Counted from the stretch's first letter, positions 18,150 to 29,821 are shown. The stretch: 56,256 bases of DNA from an uncultured Gammaproteobacteria bacterium (GCA_964537895.1 CAZIDK010000001.1:233338-289593), one strand, 5' to 3'. Numbers and translations are program-made. The notes: generated by a model from the sequence alone, not told the origin.

Positions 18150-18923
18150 ATGAAATTATCACGTAAGCTCTACCTACCCTTTGTATTCTTAATTATCGTT
18201 AGTGCTGTTTATGTATATTCCTTTAAAACAAGTAATAACAAATTACAACAAGTAAGAACACAGGATAATACTGTAGCTTTATGGAATAAGGAAATAACAG
18301 AGAAATACGACGACGAACCAAAATATGAAGATGACTATCGTAAAATTTCTTCGTCATCTGCATGGATTGTACCTCCTGATCCATATGTTGTAAGACCCCT
18401 GCATGTTCCAGAGGACGAAAATGTTGATATGTTGCTTAAAATGGCAAGCAGAGGAACAAGCACCCCAGTATTATCTGATAAAGACATTGACGAGATATGG
18501 ACAAATAGTACTCTTAACAAAGACATATTAGAAAAGTTTGTTAAAACAAATAAACTTCCTGAGTTTTTTTCCTATTTCTTCTATAGGGAAACACGTCTAC
18601 CCCTAAAGTTTTGGGATGAGGATATTACAGGAGATGGGTTTAAAGACCAGTTGTTCTCAGGTGTAGGGGTAGGCTGCATTAGTTGTCATACTTCATTCAT
18701 TGACATTTTTGTTAAGGGACAGGGTATATTCCAAGCAGAAACAAATAAAGGAACTATTTATTCAAGGGTAGACAACAAAGGATTTTACCTTGATAGTTAC
18801 TATACTGGAAAAGATTACGCTACATGCTGTCCAGATAAGGTAGTAGTAAGTAAATATGAATGGAATGGTAATGGCTTTACAGAGATAGCAAGAAAAGAAT
18901 TGATTCTAAAAAGTATTAAGTGA
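18150..18923 (+). CDS. Exported/membrane-anchored hypothetical protein
   Basis: N-terminal TM; DITGDG, CISCH, CCPD..YEWNGNGF. Confidence 0.65.
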   Translation: MKLSRKLYLPFVFLIIVSAVYVYSFKTSNNKLQQVRTQDNTVALWNKEITEKYDDEPKYEDDYRKISSSSAWIVPPDPYVVRPLHVPEDENVDMLLKMASRGTSTPVLSDKDIDEIWTNSTLNKDILEKFVKTNKLPEFFSYFFYRETRLPLKFWDEDITGDGFKDQLFSGVGVGCISCHTSFIDIFVKGQGIFQAETNKGTIYSRVDNKGFYLDSYYTGKDYATCCPDKVVVSKYEWNGNGFTEIARKELILKSIK

Positions 18924-19408
18924 CTATTATGGAAAGAAATATTTGGAAGATTTTCGGATTAGCATTACTAGCTACTCCAATGGCAACCTTTGTTGGTCTT
19001 ATCGTCATTACTTTAATTGAGGCTATAGGCGACGCAATTACTAAAATTCAATTAGCTGGATACTGGTGGATAATTCTGATCGTAGCATATGTTTTATCAT
19101 TTCTATATTTTTTCTATATACCTACATTCCGCAAGAATCGAGAAAGAGAAAAAATTGCTTATGGACTTCTGTTTTATTGGGAAGAACAACTTATAAAACA
19201 AATTAAGCCCTTGCCATCAGATAGAGAGCGTGAAGTAATAAGCGATTTAATTCTTGAAAGAGTGAAGATTTGGGCATGGAAAGATCCCAAGTTATGGTCT
19301 AGGTACTTTAGTAACGAAGAATATTCAAAATATCTTTTCGTAATGATAGATATTCTAATGAAAAAATATTACTCTAAAAATCCTGTAAAGGCTTTCTTCG
19401 GACGTTAG
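18920..19408 (+). CDS. Membrane hypothetical protein
   Basis: Two N-terminal TMs; GTGA overlap with upstream gene. Confidence 0.6.
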   Translation: MTIMERNIWKIFGLALLATPMATFVGLIVITLIEAIGDAITKIQLAGYWWIILIVAYVLSFLYFFYIPTFRKNREREKIAYGLLFYWEEQLIKQIKPLPSDREREVISDLILERVKIWAWKDPKLWSRYFSNEEYSKYLFVMIDILMKKYYSKNPVKAFFGR

Positions 19409-19852
19409 AATTATTTGCAAATACAATAGAGTAATTCTAGCCATTCTAATAAAAAACAGTATTTTGGAATATGTGTATAGGGAATATACCCTTTTTGGAA
19501 TGTCATTTAAATACTTTTAAGTGCAAAAGAGATCAATTTATGTCAAAAATAGCACTTAGACTTACGTCAAAAATAACATAGTCTATCACCTAGACATAGC
19601 TAAGTTTAGCATTTAGGGTAGCATAGTAATAGCATATAAATAGCCTATAGATCCCCCACTCTGTATAGGCAATAACCCTAGTCTAATGAGCATTTTCTAT
19701 AATTTGAACTACTAGTACCCCAGCCTTAATAAATTTGAAATCTGATTATTAGTGGAAAACTTACCTCAAGTCTGGTATAAATAGAGGCGTGGACTGGGTG
19801 AGGAAGAAAATTCGTATTTCTTCCAATCCCCGCAACATATTCCTCTTTTCCT

Positions 19853-20632
19853 ATGAAAGAACCTATTGGAATAATCGACTCGGGGGTCGGCGGGCTCTCC
19901 ATAGCTTCGGTTTTAATTAAAAAACTTCCAAACGAATCAATAATTTATCTGGCAGATTCCAAAAACTGTCCTTACGGAGAAAAAAGTAAAGAAGAGATTT
20001 ATAATTTAACAAAAAGGATGGCAAGGTTCCTTCTTAAAAGCAGGATAAAACTTTTAGTTGTGGCCTGCAACACAATTACTGTAACTTGCATTGATAGACT
20101 TAGGCAAGATTATCCGAATTTGCCAATTGTAGGCATAGTTCCTGTCTTAAAAACAGCCGCAGAAAGAACTAAAAACGGCAAAATAGGCATATTTTCAACT
20201 AAAGCTACAGCAAAAAGTCTTTATCAAAAAGACTTGATAGAAAAATTTGCCTCAAATTGCCATGTTGTAAATGTTGGTTCTTCATTGCTGGTTCCCTTAA
20301 TAGAAAAACTGGATTTTGAAAGTATTGATAAACTGTTAAAGAAAGAACTTAAACCGTTCAAGGAAGCAAAAATAGATACGCTTGCGTTGGGCTGCTCACA
20401 TTTTCCGCTAATTAAAGTCCAAATCCAAAAGATTTTACCCGGGGTTTTAATTTTGGATAGCGCGGGAGCCGTTGCAAGGCAGATACAAAGAATTTTAGAA
20501 CACAATAAAATGCTATCTAATTCCGGCGATGCGAGTTATAATTTTTATACAACCGGAAGCCTAGAAACGCTGAAGTATTTTGTCAGTAAATTGACAAACA
20601 AGGCTAAGTTAAGTAGAATTTCGCTTCTATGA
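19853..20632 (+). CDS. murI: Glutamate racemase
   Basis: IGIIDSGVGGLS, PYGEK, VACNT, LGCSHFP. Confidence 0.96.
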   Translation: MKEPIGIIDSGVGGLSIASVLIKKLPNESIIYLADSKNCPYGEKSKEEIYNLTKRMARFLLKSRIKLLVVACNTITVTCIDRLRQDYPNLPIVGIVPVLKTAAERTKNGKIGIFSTKATAKSLYQKDLIEKFASNCHVVNVGSSLLVPLIEKLDFESIDKLLKKELKPFKEAKIDTLALGCSHFPLIKVQIQKILPGVLILDSAGAVARQIQRILEHNKMLSNSGDASYNFYTTGSLETLKYFVSKLTNKAKLSRISLL

Positions 20633-22027
20633 ATAATTTTAAAGACAAAAAAATTGCAGTAGTTAATGCTGGAGGTAGGGTAGAGAGTACTTCCAACGCT
20701 GAGTTTTTTGAAAAACAAGGCGCTATAGTTACTATTATTGATCAAACCAAAGGAGAAAATTATCTGAAAAAACTTGATGAATTTGATTTGGTGGTTAGAA
20801 GTCCGGGAGTTAAATTAAGCGCTCTTGAGGTATATGTTTCGAAAGAAAAAATAACCTCTCAAACAAAACTTTTTTTTGATTTAGCCCCTTGTAAAATCAT
20901 TGGTGTAACCGGAACAAAAGGAAAGGGAACAACGTCGTCTTTAATTTACGAAATGCTTAAAAAACAATCCTCCTCCGCCTCCCACTCCGCTAAAGCTTCA
21001 AGGGATAAAAAGGCTTCGGGGGACAGGGGTTTTGATGCGTATCTAGGAGGGAATATTGGTGTTCCTCCTTTTGAGTTTTTGGATAAATTAAATGCTCAAT
21101 CAGTTGTAGTCCTGGAGTTATCTAGTTTTCAGCTAATAGATCTTGATAAGAGCCCTCACGTTGCGGTAATGCTTATGACAACAAGCGAACATCTTGACTA
21201 TCATAAAGATCTTCAAGATTATGTTGATGCCAAAAGAAATATTTTAAGATTTCAAAACGAAAAAGATTTTGCAATTATAAACAAAGATTATTTGGCAAGC
21301 AGGGAATCGGATATAGAAACAAAAGGGCAAGTTTATTATGTTACAAGGGTTGATGAAGCGCAAAGAGGTTGTTTTGTAAAAGACAATGCTATTTGGATAA
21401 GAGATGGGGAAGTTCTTGAAAACATAATAAATACCAAAGATATTTTTATTCCGGGGGAACATAACTATGAAAATGCCAGCGCAGCTTCGATGGCAGCGTA
21501 TTTGGCAGGAGTAAAGGTTCGCAACATTTCTCAAGTCTTAAAAACTTTTAAAGGCTTGGAGCATAGATTGGAATTGGTTTCAACTGTCAATGGCGTTAAA
21601 TATTACGATGATTCTTTTTCCAGCATTCCGGAAACTACAATTGCGGCGATTAAGGCTTTTAAAAATCCCGAGATTTTAATCCTGGGAGGATCGAGTAAAA
21701 ACAGTGATTTTCAAGAATTAGGCGAAGTTATATCAAAAGCGGAGAACATAAAAGCGATTATCGGCATTGGAAAAGAATGGGTACGCATTAAAGCGCAATT
21801 CAGAGTTCAGGATTCCCCGGCCTCGCCAAGCGAAGCGGGGCGGGCAAAATTCATAATTATCGAAGGAGCAGATAATATGGAGAAAATAGTAAAAGCAGCT
21901 TCAAAAATTGCATTACCCGGAGATGTTGTTTTGCTAACTCCTGCCTGCGCCTCTTTTGATATGTTTAAAAATTACAAAGACAGAGGAGAACAGTTTAAGT
22001 CGGAAGTTTTAAAACTTAAAACTCCCT

Positions 22028-22029
<2 letters not shown>
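20629..22029 (+). CDS. murD: UDP-MurNAc-L-Ala:D-Glu ligase
   Basis: RSPGV, GVTGTKGKGTT, GGNIG, LELSSFQL, EHLDYH, GLEHRLE, PACASFDMFKNYKDRG. Confidence 0.95.
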
Positions 22030-23452
<1,423 letters not shown>

Positions 23453-23464
23453 TAATATACAGAT

Positions 23465-24469
23465 ATGAGTAAAGTTGTTTTTTCGGGAGTTCAGCCATCG
23501 GGGAATTTACACATTGGAAATTATATCGGTGCAATAAGGCAGTGGGTTGACCTACAGAATTCAGAATCTAGAGTTCAAAATTCAGAATTATACTTCTGCA
23601 TTGTTGATTTGCACGCGATAACTTCTCCTCAAGATCCAAAAATTCTAAAAGAAAAAATACTGGAAGCTGTTGCTTTATATTTAGCCTGCGGAATAAATCC
23701 TGAAAAAGCGCATACTTTTGTTCAATCGGAGAACCCCGATCATACCTCTCTTGCTTGGATTTTAAATTGCATCACGCCTTTTGGGCAACTGGAAAGAATG
23801 ACTCAATTTAAAGATAAAAGCGGACAGCAAAAGGAAGGAACAACAGCAGGGCTTTTTGATTATCCTGTTTTAATGGCAGCGGACATCCTTTTATATCAGA
23901 CCGACGAAGTTCCGGTTGGGGAAGACCAAAAACAACACATTGAATTAGCAAGGGATTTGGCGGAAAAATTCAATAAAACTTTCGGGCAAACTTTTAAACT
24001 TCCAATACCTCTTATCCAAAAAGAAACAGCTAGAATTATGAGTCTGCAAAATCCAACTTCAAAAATGTCAAAATCAGACAATAATCCTCTTGGAACAATT
24101 AATTTATTAGACAGCGAAGAGGATATTCGCGGGAAAATTAAAAAAGCGGTTACGGATTCGGGTTCACATATTTCAAAAGACAGAGGTTCGGCAGGACTTT
24201 CTAACCTTTTAACTATTTACTCTGCTTTCAAAAACCAGAATTTGGAAAGTTCAATTTCGGAGCTTGAGGGTAAATCATACGCTGATTTTAAAGCGCTTTT
24301 GGCAGATTTAATCGTTCAGGTTTTGGGCGAAATCCAGAAGAAATATAAAGAAATAAGAAGTGATGAAAATTATCTAAGACAGGTGCTTAATGAGGGAAGA
24401 GATTTTTCTCTTGAAAAATCCTCTCAAACTCTCCTGTTGGTAAAAGAAAAAGTTGGCTTAGGTATTTAA
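23465..24469 (+). CDS. trpS: Tryptophan-tRNA ligase
   Basis: SGVQPSG.LHIGNY, YPVLMAADIL, VPVGEDQ, KMSKS. Confidence 0.97.
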   Translation: MSKVVFSGVQPSGNLHIGNYIGAIRQWVDLQNSESRVQNSELYFCIVDLHAITSPQDPKILKEKILEAVALYLACGINPEKAHTFVQSENPDHTSLAWILNCITPFGQLERMTQFKDKSGQQKEGTTAGLFDYPVLMAADILLYQTDEVPVGEDQKQHIELARDLAEKFNKTFGQTFKLPIPLIQKETARIMSLQNPTSKMSKSDNNPLGTINLLDSEEDIRGKIKKAVTDSGSHISKDRGSAGLSNLLTIYSAFKNQNLESSISELEGKSYADFKALLADLIVQVLGEIQKKYKEIRSDENYLRQVLNEGRDFSLEKSSQTLLLVKEKVGLGI

Positions 24470-24521
24470 TTTCCCCAAAAAGTATAGTAAACGTACTCAA
24501 ATTATGCTATACTTTCGCCGT

Positions 24522-26381
24522 ATGGCAAACGGAAAAAGAGCAAAACATCTAAAACGCATCAAAGTAAAAATGAATTTCTCCTGGAAAAACATAATTATTT
24601 ATGCATTCCTCCTTCTTTTTATGGCGTTTATTTTCATGGGTCTTAACCAGTCGGCCGAACTTTCATCGGAGAATACAAAAACAGTTCCGCTTTCTAGAGT
24701 TATCTCCGATGTAAAAGCGGGAAAGGTTACAAGTATTGAAGTTTTGCCTAATAAGCTTATCGTTCACGAAAAAACAGGCAACTTGGAAAGCTTTAAGGAA
24801 TCAAACGCCAACGTTTACGAGCTTTTCAAAGATGCGGGTGTTCCTTTGGATAAAACAAATGTTGCAATAAAGGATGAAACAGCGATTAATAACTGGATAA
24901 ATATTCTTTCTTCAATTCTTCCTGTTATTTTAATGGTGGCCTTTTTCTACTTTATTTTTAGACAAGCAAGAGGAGCGCAGGAGAGCGTTTTTTCTTTCGG
25001 CCAATCAAAAGCAAAAGTATTTAATAAAGACAATCCAAAAATTACTTTTGCAGATGTTGCAGGCGTTGATGAAGCAAAGCAAGAATTAATGGAAATTGTT
25101 GATTTTCTAAAAAATCCCGGAAAATACAAAGCAATGGGCGCAAGAACTCCAAAAGGAGTACTTATGATTGGTCCTTCGGGAACAGGAAAAACTTTATTGG
25201 CAAGAGCAACCGCAGGAGAAGCAGGCGTTCCGTTCTTCTCAATGGCAGGGAGCGAATTTATGGAGATGTTGGTTGGAGTTGGAGCGTCCAGAGTCAGGGA
25301 TTTATTCAACACTGCTAAAAAAGCCCAACCCGCAATTATTTTTATAGATGAAGTTGATGCAATCGGAAGACAAAGAGGATATGGATTAATGGGGGGGCAT
25401 GATGAAAGAGAGCAAACCTTAAATCAAATCCTGGTTGAAATGGACGGGTTTGCTCCGACAGAACAATTAGTAGTAATAGCGGCAACAAATAGACCTGACG
25501 TTTTGGATCCTGCGCTTGTAAGACCCGGAAGATTTGATAGAAGAGTGGCTTTGGATATGCCGGATGTTAACGGCAGGAAAGAAATTCTGGCAATCCACGC
25601 GAGAGGCAAGCCTTTTGCAAAGAATGTGGTTTGGGAAAAAATTGCTAAAAGAACAGTCGGATTTTCAGGAGCCGATTTAGAAAATATGTTAAACGAAGCG
25701 GCAATTTTAGCAGCGCGTTTGGGTAAAAAAGCAATTGATATGAGCGATTTGGAAGAGGCGGCTACAAAAGTAAAATTAGGACCGGAAAAAAAGAGATTGC
25801 AGACGGAAGAAGATAGACGTATGACAGCGTATCACGAAGCAGGACACGCGCTGGTTAGTTGGTTTATGCCGGGCATGGATCCTGTCCACAGAATTTCAAT
25901 TGTTTCAAGAGGAATGTCTTTGGGGCATACAATGATGGAGCCAATGGATAGAATTCATGAAACAAAAACCCATCTCTTGGAACAAATCGCCGTAATGTTT
26001 GGCGGACGGGCGGCAGAGAGCTTGGTTTTTAAAGAGATGACAACCGGTGCATCAGATGATATTGCCAAAGCAACAGAAGTAGCAAGGACAATGGTTGTCG
26101 AATTCGGAATGAGTGAACTCGGACCTATTAATTTAGACGGAGAAAGACGGTCGCCATACGAGCAATCTCAAATTTCTCCGGAAATGGCTGCAAAAATAGA
26201 CGGGCAGGTTAAAAAAATAACAGATGAGGCTTACGGAAAAGCTTCGGATATTCTTAAAAAATTAACAGATAAATTAGATATTTTAGCTGGGGAGCTTTTG
26301 AAAAAAGAAACAATAGAATCTGACGAATTTGTAAGAATAATCGGTCCTAAAAAGGCTGTTCTTGCAAAAATAAGAGCATAA
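24522..26381 (+). CDS. ftsH: ATP-dependent Zn metalloprotease FtsH
   Basis: Two TMs, [25 protein letters not shown]; start 24522 follows TGCTATACT. Confidence 0.96.
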   Translation: MANGKRAKHLKRIKVKMNFSWKNIIIYAFLLLFMAFIFMGLNQSAELSSENTKTVPLSRVISDVKAGKVTSIEVLPNKLIVHEKTGNLESFKESNANVYELFKDAGVPLDKTNVAIKDETAINNWINILSSILPVILMVAFFYFIFRQARGAQESVFSFGQSKAKVFNKDNPKITFADVAGVDEAKQELMEIVDFLKNPGKYKAMGARTPKGVLMIGPSGTGKTLLARATAGEAGVPFFSMAGSEFMEMLVGVGASRVRDLFNTAKKAQPAIIFIDEVDAIGRQRGYGLMGGHDEREQTLNQILVEMDGFAPTEQLVVIAATNRPDVLDPALVRPGRFDRRVALDMPDVNGRKEILAIHARGKPFAKNVVWEKIAKRTVGFSGADLENMLNEAAILAARLGKKAIDMSDLEEAATKVKLGPEKKRLQTEEDRRMTAYHEAGHALVSWFMPGMDPVHRISIVSRGMSLGHTMMEPMDRIHETKTHLLEQIAVMFGGRAAESLVFKEMTTGASDDIAKATEVARTMVVEFGMSELGPINLDGERRSPYEQSQISPEMAAKIDGQVKKITDEAYGKASDILKKLTDKLDILAGELLKKETIESDEFVRIIGPKKAVLAKIRA

Positions 26382-26422
26382 ATTTGACAATTATAATCTA
26401 CTCGTGAGATTATCAAAAAGAT

Positions 26423-27106
26423 ATGGCAACAGTAAAAAAGAAAACCTCTGCAAAATCCGAAAAGAAAGTTTTAAAAACTACTAAACAGCATTTTTCCAAA
26501 AAAGAAGCAATAAACCTGGGATTTAAATTGGCAAAGAAAAATATTATATTTTTCATCGGGATTTTCGTTATAGTCGTTGTTATTTCCTCTATATCGTCAG
26601 CAATTCAAATAGGCGTAGCTTTAGAGAAACAGTCAATGTTGTATATTTTATTGAATATCTTAACATTTATTGTTAACGCAATTATTGGCATGGGACTTAT
26701 TAAAATATCTTTGGCGTTTATCGATAATAAAAAACCCAAATTCTCAGATCTTTTTTATGTAAAACCGTTTGTTAATTTTATATTAGCCAGTTTAATAAGA
26801 GGCGTAATAACTTTTATTGGTTTTATTTTGCTTATTATTCCGGGAATTATTTTTTCTATAAGATTGCAATATGTTACATATTTAATTGTCGATAAAAATT
26901 TGCCTCCGGTTGAGGCTATTAAAAAAAGCTGGGAAATGACAAAGGGAAATACATGGAATCTTTTTTTCTTTGGTATTTTGCTTTTCTTAGTTAATGTATT
27001 GGGCGCAATTATTCTTTTAGTAGGTCTTTTTGTAACAGTGCCCTTAACAATGCTTGCCATAACCTTTGTTTATCGTAAGCTCCTCTTACATTCAAAAGCT
27101 GCCTAG
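26423..27106 (+). CDS. Integral membrane protein (DUF975/glycerophosphodiesterase membrane-domain-like)
   Basis: LLIIPGII, AIKKSWEMTKG, multiple TMs. Confidence 0.75.
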   Translation: MATVKKKTSAKSEKKVLKTTKQHFSKKEAINLGFKLAKKNIIFFIGIFVIVVVISSISSAIQIGVALEKQSMLYILLNILTFIVNAIIGMGLIKISLAFIDNKKPKFSDLFYVKPFVNFILASLIRGVITFIGFILLIIPGIIFSIRLQYVTYLIVDKNLPPVEAIKKSWEMTKGNTWNLFFFGILLFLVNVLGAIILLVGLFVTVPLTMLAITFVYRKLLLHSKAA

Positions 27107-27125
27107 GTTATAATCATTTTATGGA

Positions 27126-27189
27126 CCCCGCATATTCTTACTTTCTCGCGAGGCTTACATCCTCGCCTCGAAAGAGCGAATATACGGGG
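27126..27189. mobile_element. ~65-bp hairpin element, copy A (CCCC..CTTA..RGCG..GGGG family)
   Basis: Homologous to 28176-28240 and 29822-29886; lies between ATGGAC (27121) and ATGGAT (27208). Confidence 0.8.
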
Positions 27190-27207
27190 CAAGAAAATTA
27201 ATAATTT

Positions 27208-28137
27208 ATGGATAAATTAGTAATAATAGACGGTAACGCGATTGTGCATCGCGCATTCCACGCCCTACCTCCGATGAATACTCAAGACGGCCAGTTAACA
27301 AACGCAGTTTATGGTTTTTTTGCCATGCTTTTAAAGCTTTTAAACGACTTAAAACCGGAATATTTAATAGTTTGCTTTGACAGGCCTAAGCCAACTTTTA
27401 GAAAGCAAATGTATGTAGGTTATCAGGCAAAAAGACCGAAAATGTCAGACGATTTAGCTCCGCAAATAGATCTTTTGCACAAAGTATTAGAAAAAGCCAA
27501 AATAGAACATTTTGAAATAGACGGATATGAGGCAGATGACATTATCGGAACAATTGCGACTCAATCCGCCGCAAAAAATCTCCAGGCAATTATCGTCTCC
27601 GGAGACAGGGACATGCTTCAGCTTGTAAATCATAAAGTTCTTGTTTTGGCCCCAATCTCGGGTATTACAAAAATGATGCTTTTCAATGAGGAGAAAGTAA
27701 AAGAAAAATATGGTTTAAAACCATCGCAATTTATAGATTACAAAGCTTTGGTAGGTGACTCTTCGGACAATTACCCGGGAGTTACGGGAATTGGACCAAA
27801 AACAGCCAGTAATCTTCTTAATAAATATAATACTTTTGAAAACCTTTATGAGCATATCTCCGAACTTCCGGAAAATATCGGTTCAAAACTTGCGACGGAT
27901 GCGGAACAAGCTGCTCTTGCCAAAAAACTGGCAACAATCGTTACGGATGCACCTGTAAAAATGGATTTGGAAAAAGCAAAAATAGGAAAGATTGATAAAA
28001 TAGGACTTCTTGAGGCTTTTAAAGAGCTTGGTTTTAAAACTTTAATGGGAAGAGTTCTTGTGCAGGAAGTTCCGGTTAAAAAACTAAACAAGAAAGAGAA
28101 TAAAAAAGAAATTAGAGATCAACTGAATTTATTATGA
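27208..28137 (+). CDS. Stand-alone 5'-3' exonuclease/flap endonuclease (PolA N-terminal domain only)
   Basis: IDGN..HRAFHA, YEADD, SGDRD, LVGDSSDNYPGV.GIGPKTA; stops after 309 aa. Confidence 0.92.
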   Translation: MDKLVIIDGNAIVHRAFHALPPMNTQDGQLTNAVYGFFAMLLKLLNDLKPEYLIVCFDRPKPTFRKQMYVGYQAKRPKMSDDLAPQIDLLHKVLEKAKIEHFEIDGYEADDIIGTIATQSAAKNLQAIIVSGDRDMLQLVNHKVLVLAPISGITKMMLFNEEKVKEKYGLKPSQFIDYKALVGDSSDNYPGVTGIGPKTASNLLNKYNTFENLYEHISELPENIGSKLATDAEQAALAKKLATIVTDAPVKMDLEKAKIGKIDKIGLLEAFKELGFKTLMGRVLVQEVPVKKLNKKENKKEIRDQLNLL

Positions 28138-28175
28138 AAGTCGCAATTGTTCACGATTATATAAAAGAATACGGC

Positions 28176-28240
28176 CCCCGCACAGAACTTACCTTCTTCC
28201 GAGGCCTACGTCCTCGCGGCGAAGGGGCGTTTATGCGGGG
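28176..28240. mobile_element. ~65-bp hairpin element, copy B, between duplicated glycosyltransferase starts
   Basis: ccccgcacagaa-ctta-ccttc..gaagg-ggcg-tttatgcgggg. Confidence 0.8.
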
Positions 28241-28255
28241 TAAAGGAGCAGGGAA

Positions 28256-29398
28256 ATGAGAGTGGCTATCGTTCATGACTACATCAAGGAATTTGGAGGT
28301 GCAGAGAGAGTGCTAGAAAAGCTTCATGAAGTTTTTCCCGATGCGCCTATCTATACAACTGTATATTTACCTTCATTTTTAGGGCCTCATAAAAAAAGAT
28401 TTGCGGGTATGAATATTAAAACTTCGTTTTTGCAGTTTTTTCCGTTTAAAGCAAAACTAATCAGTCCTTTTAGGCTTTTGGCCCCAACTGCATTCAGAAG
28501 CTTTGATTTTTCCGCATATGATGCAATAATTGTTTCCCAAACCGGTTCGTATTTCCCAAATGCGATTAAAAAAAGAGGAGCTAAGCTTATTTGCTATTGC
28601 CATACGCCGCCAAGGTATCTGTATGGGTTTGAAACGGCAAGGGATTGGAAGAAAAATAAGCTTTTTATGGTTTTGGGGATGATTTCGATTCACTTTTTAA
28701 GAATGACAGACTTTAAATCTTCGCAAAATGTAGATTATTTTATTGCAAACTCGGAAAATGTCAGGAAAAGAATACAAAAGTTTTATAGAAGAGATGCGAT
28801 TGTGATTTTTCCGCCTGTAAGTTCAGCAACTAGTAATCTAGCAACTAGCCATCAGTTACAGAACGACGAACTGAATGCTAACTCGCTAGTTGCTAGAGGC
28901 TATTATCTGGCTGGAGGAAGACTTGCAAGGCCAAAGCATATAGATTTAATAGTAGAAACATTTTCAAAACTAAATCTTCCCTTAAAAATATTCGGAAAAG
29001 CATTTGCCGGCTATGGGAAAGAACTTAAAGATAAAGCAAAAGAAAATGTTGAATTTTTAGGCGAAATTACAGATGAAGAAAAATATAAATTTATGAAAGG
29101 AGCAAAAGCATTTGTTTTTGCTTCGGAAGACGAAGATTTTGGCATAACTCCGGCAGAGGCAGAGGCCCTGGGGACGCCGGTTATAGCTTTTGCATCAGGA
29201 GGAACATTGGAAACAGTAGTTGATAATAAAACAGGAATATTTTTTAACGAATTAACAATTGAGTCACTTTCGGAAGCGATAGAAAAGCTTAATAAAACTA
29301 AATTTAAAACAGAAGACATTATTGCTCAAGGGAATAAATTTTCGGAAAGTATTTTTAAATCTAAAATAAATGAATTTGTAGATTCAAAAATAAAATGA
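28256..29398 (+). CDS. Glycosyltransferase family 4
   Basis: VAIVHDY..GGAERV, YCHTPPRY, EDFGITPAEA..GTPVIA. Confidence 0.92.
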   Translation: MRVAIVHDYIKEFGGAERVLEKLHEVFPDAPIYTTVYLPSFLGPHKKRFAGMNIKTSFLQFFPFKAKLISPFRLLAPTAFRSFDFSAYDAIIVSQTGSYFPNAIKKRGAKLICYCHTPPRYLYGFETARDWKKNKLFMVLGMISIHFLRMTDFKSSQNVDYFIANSENVRKRIQKFYRRDAIVIFPPVSSATSNLATSHQLQNDELNANSLVARGYYLAGGRLARPKHIDLIVETFSKLNLPLKIFGKAFAGYGKELKDKAKENVEFLGEITDEEKYKFMKGAKAFVFASEDEDFGITPAEAEALGTPVIAFASGGTLETVVDNKTGIFFNELTIESLSEAIEKLNKTKFKTEDIIAQGNKFSESIFKSKINEFVDSKIK

Positions 29399-29799
29399 AA
29401 TCAAGAATTTGTGTCTCAGCAGTTATAGAAAAAGACGGTAAGATTCTCTTGGGACAGAAGATAAAAGATTTAGGTCCATATCCGAATACGTGGCTTTTGC
29501 CAGGCGGAGGTGTTGAGCAAGGGGAATCTTTAGAAGAGGCAATTAGAAGAGAAATTAAAGAAGAGACCGGCTTAGAGGTGAATAATCTTGAAAAAATAGG
29601 CGTTGATGAAGATGATGAGCCTAATAAGTATGAAGAAATGACGCATTATATTTTTCATTCTTTCAAGGCAAATCCGATAGGGAAACACAAAGACACAGAA
29701 GAATTTCCCACGCTTGGGTGGTTTAAGATAGCTGAACTTAAAAATATCCTTCACGCAAGACCATCAATAAAACTTTTTAAGAAACTGGGGTATTTATAA
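29395..29799 (+). CDS. NUDIX hydrolase
   Basis: PGGGVEQGESLEEAIRREIKEETGL Nudix box. Confidence 0.92.
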   Translation: MKSRICVSAVIEKDGKILLGQKIKDLGPYPNTWLLPGGGVEQGESLEEAIRREIKEETGLEVNNLEKIGVDEDDEPNKYEEMTHYIFHSFKANPIGKHKDTEEFPTLGWFKIAELKNILHARPSIKLFKKLGYL

Positions 29800-29821
29800 T
29801 GCCGGAATTACCTGAAATAGA

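Larger units (their letters stand above)
11174..19837. mobile_element. Integrative element (~8.7 kb) at tRNA-fMet 3' end, serine-recombinase type
   Basis: Direct repeat CCCCGCAACA at 11174-11183 (tRNA acceptor end) and 19828-19837; recombinase at left end; housekeeping murI resumes 15 nt after the right repeat. Confidence 0.85.

Noticed and set aside
19440-19740. oriT or iteron region near the right end of the island (gtcaaaaata at 19542 and 19566)
   Set aside because: The repeats are short and AT-rich and there is no relaxase, so support is too weak.
11174-19837. Prophage
   Set aside because: No terminase, capsid, tail or lysis genes recognised.
27208-28137. polA pseudogene
   Set aside because: It ends cleanly with an ATGA-coupled next ORF and no polymerase-domain remnants; consistent with a stand-alone 5'-3' exonuclease.
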